Positions 62,596-64,000 of a stretch of 64,000 nt of DNA are shown piece by piece (position 1 is the first letter of the stretch; each line of letters opens with the position of its first letter). This stretch comes from Sarea resinae (taxonomy: Eukaryota). Under the pieces are notes generated by a model. That model made no database searches. It saw only the letters and a program-made list of their open reading frames with translations, and was not told the DNA's origin. Location of the stretch: positions 248,001 through 312,000 of the forward strand of contig JAPEUD010000019.1 in the NCBI GenBank assembly GCA_026026165.1. The letters are read 5' to 3'. A program made the position numbers and the translations under genes.

Positions 62596-63613
62596 TGAGA
62601 CGTGCCTGCCGTTGCTTTTGCCGTGCTTCAAAATGCGGGGAGTTTTTGAATGGGTTTAACTGAATTGCTCGTCATGGTTGGCTGGGCTCGGGCTTGGCTG
62701 GCCGCATGTATTCCAAGACGTGCGCTACACTCCTTTCTCATTGTTTGTAAGTCTCCTTATTGAGTCCGCTTGCCTATCTGGCCTCTTTTTCTTTTTTTTT
62801 GTTTTCGTCTCTCTGCTTCTTGCTCACCATCCCCAATCAGCCCTGGGCGAATGGAGGCTTCTTTTGTGCATACGCTAGCTCTATAGCAGCCGAGAACCAC
62901 AGAAAAACGAATTTCTTCTATCTGACTTGGGGGATCGTATCCCCATTTTACCGTTCTACATTGGTCTCCTCTTCCCCTGCTCTTCCTTCTTGGGGAGAGT
63001 ATGGGATGGGAAAGGGGGGCCTACTAATTCTTCTTTCCCCTCTTATTTTTCTTCTGTCATGTTTCCTTGTCGAGATCATGTTCCCTCGAATGTTGCTGTG
63101 GTTGGGGTAGAAGGGCGGGAGAGGGGTACGAGAGGAAAGGGAATCGAGTGCGAGAGCAATAGAGAAAGGTTATAGGGCGAGCAAGAAATAGGGGAGATGA
63201 TGATAATAAGAAGGAACGCGCGTGGGGAGGGATGGATGGATGATATGAGAGGGGCATTGTACAAAGGGCTTTGGTCTAGGTAGTTAGTGTGCTAGGTAGC
63301 TTTACGGGAGGCCTTGCTTCTTTCTAATCGATCAAAGCATGTCACGTATGTCCTCATCATTGTCACTGTTCGTGTCACTGCCAATTCAGATCGTAGTCGT
63401 GCTGTGCCGTCTTGTCTTACAGGATTTTTTTTCTTCTTTTCTTTTCTTTTCTTCTTATCATTCTCCGTCGTCGTTCATGTCTTGTTTCACTTCTCCTTCT
63501 TCGCCCTCCTCCGCCTCTCTTTCTTCGAAACTAGTCTATGAAATATAGGGATTGGCTCCAGCCCGCAAAGTCTAACCTCCTCAGGAAATGCCAACAGCGC
63601 AAATCCCATTTCT

Positions 63614-63665
63614 ATCGCCCATCGCCCATCGCCCATCGCCCATCGCCCATCGCCCGTCGCCATCG
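63614..63665. repeat. (ATCGCCC)n heptamer repeat
   Basis: Directly visible. Confidence 0.85.
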
Positions 63666-64000
63666 ATATCGATATCGTCATCGTCATCAGTGCTATCATA
63701 ACAACACCAACAAACCAACGCTAACAAGCCCGACTCCATCGCCATGCAAGCGAGACAGACCAGAAACCGCCCCCCCAAAAAAACACCCACCCACCCAAAA
63801 ACGCTATCTATCTATCTATCCATCCATCCATCCATCCATCCATCGATGCATGCATGCTGGCGCGAAAGCAGAGAAAACCCGGAACGTCCATTCCGTCCAA
63901 ATCCATCCATCCGTCAACCCTTGACGAATATCTTGGCGCCGACGTGACAGTACCTGGCCACGGCGAAAAACGCCGCCCCGGCCACCGTCGTCGTGGCGCT

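Noticed and set aside
1..64000. Transposons, RIP-degraded repeats, tRNA/rRNA, CRISPR arrays, secondary-metabolite cluster
   Set aside because: No transposase/RT motifs, AT-rich blocks, cloverleaf or T-loop contexts, spacer arrays or PKS/NRPS domains seen

Overview
Gene-dense, intron-rich eukaryotic DNA from a filamentous ascomycete (Pezizomycotina-type short GT-AG introns with CTRAC branch points and family-typical proteins). I can support 25 spliced protein-coding genes, mostly housekeeping: CRM1, an OCA4-like pseudophosphatase, YPI1, SGO1, DAD2, MRPL9, COA1, PHO81/NUC-2, RIX7, VPS20, UAP1, a PITH-domain gene, DHX35, CCDC25, a mitochondrial carrier, DUF2293 and DUF1763 genes, a CHY/RING ligase, MZT1 (absent from the ORF track), SPC25, RRN6, CUE5, two single-pass membrane proteins and one conserved hypothetical. 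Many genes are in head-to-head pairs. I saw no transposon, tRNA, rRNA or biosynthetic cluster. The most unusual signals are at the RNA and cis-element level: an apparent one-nucleotide exon in CCDC25, a start codon split by a hairpin-containing intron in PHO81, a strong-context uORF overlapping the RRN6 start, a recurrent GTACTCNGAGTAC palindrome upstream of the two membrane-protein genes, and a candidate structured RNA at about 25.5-25.8 kb. All family assignments are from remembered motifs, not database searches.
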